64,000 bases of DNA from the NCBI GenBank assembly GCA_025355745.1, contig JANXZA010000072.1, forward strand, positions 12,850-76,849. The letters run 5' to 3'. Shown in pieces: positions 63,070 to 64,000 of the stretch (positions within the stretch are counted from its first letter, which is position 1; each line of letters begins with the position of its first letter). The notes below the pieces were generated by a model. The model did no database searches and was not told where the DNA came from. It was given only the letters and a program-made list of their open reading frames with translations. Made by a program: the position numbers and the translations under genes. The DNA comes from Rhizobacter sp. (GTDB lineage: Bacteria; Pseudomonadota; Gammaproteobacteria; Burkholderiales; Burkholderiaceae_C).

Positions 63070-64000
63070 TCAAGGGCAGGCCGGGTACTTGGCCTGGAAC
63101 GCGGCGCGAACGGCGGGCGGGGTGTAGTCCTCGGCGCTCGGCGTGTTCTTCGTGAAGGTGCAGCCGTAGGTCGGCGAGGCGATGGTGGCGGCGGTCGTCA
63201 CGTCGTCACCGGCCGGCCTCGGGCCACCCGCTTCCCACTTGATCATGTCGTCGAACGCGGTCGTGGCCTCGGCGGCGGTGAACGCGCAGTGGCCGACGTC
63301 GCGGATCGCGCGCTGCACCAGCCACTTGTCGGTGCCCTTGGCCTTGGTGCGGGCGGCGTACACCTGCTCCATCTTGAACGGCACGAACAGGTCGCCCAGG
63401 GTGTGGATCGAAACCACCGGGATGCTGATGTCACCGGCGGTCAGCGGGATCCAGCGCAGGCCGTCGCGGCGCAGCCGGTTCGCGTCGGCGGTGGGCGTGA
63501 TCTTGAACGCGCTGTTGTTGAACGCGGTGTCCAGGCCGGTGTTCGCCGCGCTCGATGCATCGACCTTGTAGAACAGCGAGCTGGTGTCGAGGACGTTACC
63601 GGTCAGGATGCCGCTGATCGTGCCGTCGCCACCGAGCGAGGCCCAGATGTTGCCCTGGTTGCCGGCGTTCGACCAGCCTTCGGCGTAGAACGGCCGGGCC
63701 CCGCCGCTCAGGTTCTGCACCACGTTCTTCAGCTTGTCGCCCTGCGCGTTGCTGACGGTCGGGTAGGTCGTCCACAGTGCCGCCTGGATCGCCGGCACGA
63801 GGGTGGCGAAGTCGGTAATCGGGAACTTCGCCATCGGGAACCCGGCGAGCTGCTGGGCCGCGATCTGGTAGCCGGAAAAGTAGTTGAAGAGTTCGTTGTC
63901 GCCGAGCACACCGCACATCGGCACGGCGCCCGCGTACTTCATCTTGTTGACGGCGTAGGTCTGGGCTTCGGCATCGATGGCGGCGGCCGTGATGTGGCCG
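63070..64000 (-). CDS. Alpha/beta-hydrolase-fold protein, N-terminus outside the window
   Basis: GHITAAA..YAGAVPMCG, PVVSIHTLGDLFVP, GHCAFT; the reading frame stays open to the window edge. Confidence 0.7.
   Translation of the reverse strand, partial: GHITAAAIDAEAQTYAVNKMKYAGAVPMCGVLGDNELFNYFSGYQIAAQQLAGFPMAKFPITDFATLVPAIQAALWTTYPTVSNAQGDKLKNVVQNLSGGARPFYAEGWSNAGNQGNIWASLGGDGTISGILTGNVLDTSSLFYKVDASSAANTGLDTAFNNSAFKITPTADANRLRRDGLRWIPLTAGDISIPVVSIHTLGDLFVPFKMEQVYAARTKAKGTDKWLVQRAIRDVGHCAFTAAEATTAFDDMIKWEAGGPRPAGDDVTTAATIASPTYGCTFTKNTPSAEDYTPPAVRAAFQAKYPACP

Noticed and set aside
1-64000. tRNA, rRNA, integrase or transposase marking a genomic island
   Set aside because: None recognised by eye and no obvious compositional break; a tRNAscan/Infernal/ISEScan run would be needed to exclude them formally.

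Overview
A GC-rich, gene-dense 64-kb segment that reads like a Burkholderiales (betaproteobacterial) accessory catabolic region; the taxonomy is inferred from gene content only. I found no rRNA, tRNA, CRISPR array, transposase or integrase. Main blocks, left to right: (1) 1-6.8 kb, an itaconate/methylsuccinate-type CoA catabolic operon (CitE-like lyase, MmgE/PrpD, CoA-transferase, acyl-CoA dehydrogenase, double-hotdog hydratase) with a divergent LysR. (2) 7-19.8 kb, a ~13-kb minus-strand operon: sugar-type ABC binding protein, ABC ATPase fused to a YbhB/YbcL (PEBP) domain, SCP2-like protein, alpha/beta hydrolase, two permeases with extra membrane segments, a proteorhodopsin-family opsin lacking both the retinal-binding Lys and the counter-ion Asp, a flotillin, a small membrane protein and a sodium:solute symporter. 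This is the most unusual system in the window. (3) 20-26.5 kb, orphan DctP, partial Mla/MCE set, DUF218 protein, enamidase-like amidohydrolase, DUF1993. (4) 26.6-42.3 kb, a propane-2-monooxygenase-type soluble di-iron monooxygenase cluster with accessory genes, two sigma-54 promoters, an IHF site and shared activator boxes. (5) 42.9-56.7 kb, two paralogous GntR genes and a shared palindrome linking a Rieske/PQQ-dehydrogenase pair to a TRAP/CoA-ligase/ThDP-lyase module. (6) 56.8-64 kb, pncB, hydrolases and an acid phosphatase. Several REP/MITE-like hairpin families and short tandem repeats lie in intergenic gaps. All calls come from motif recognition by eye; no database searches were run.
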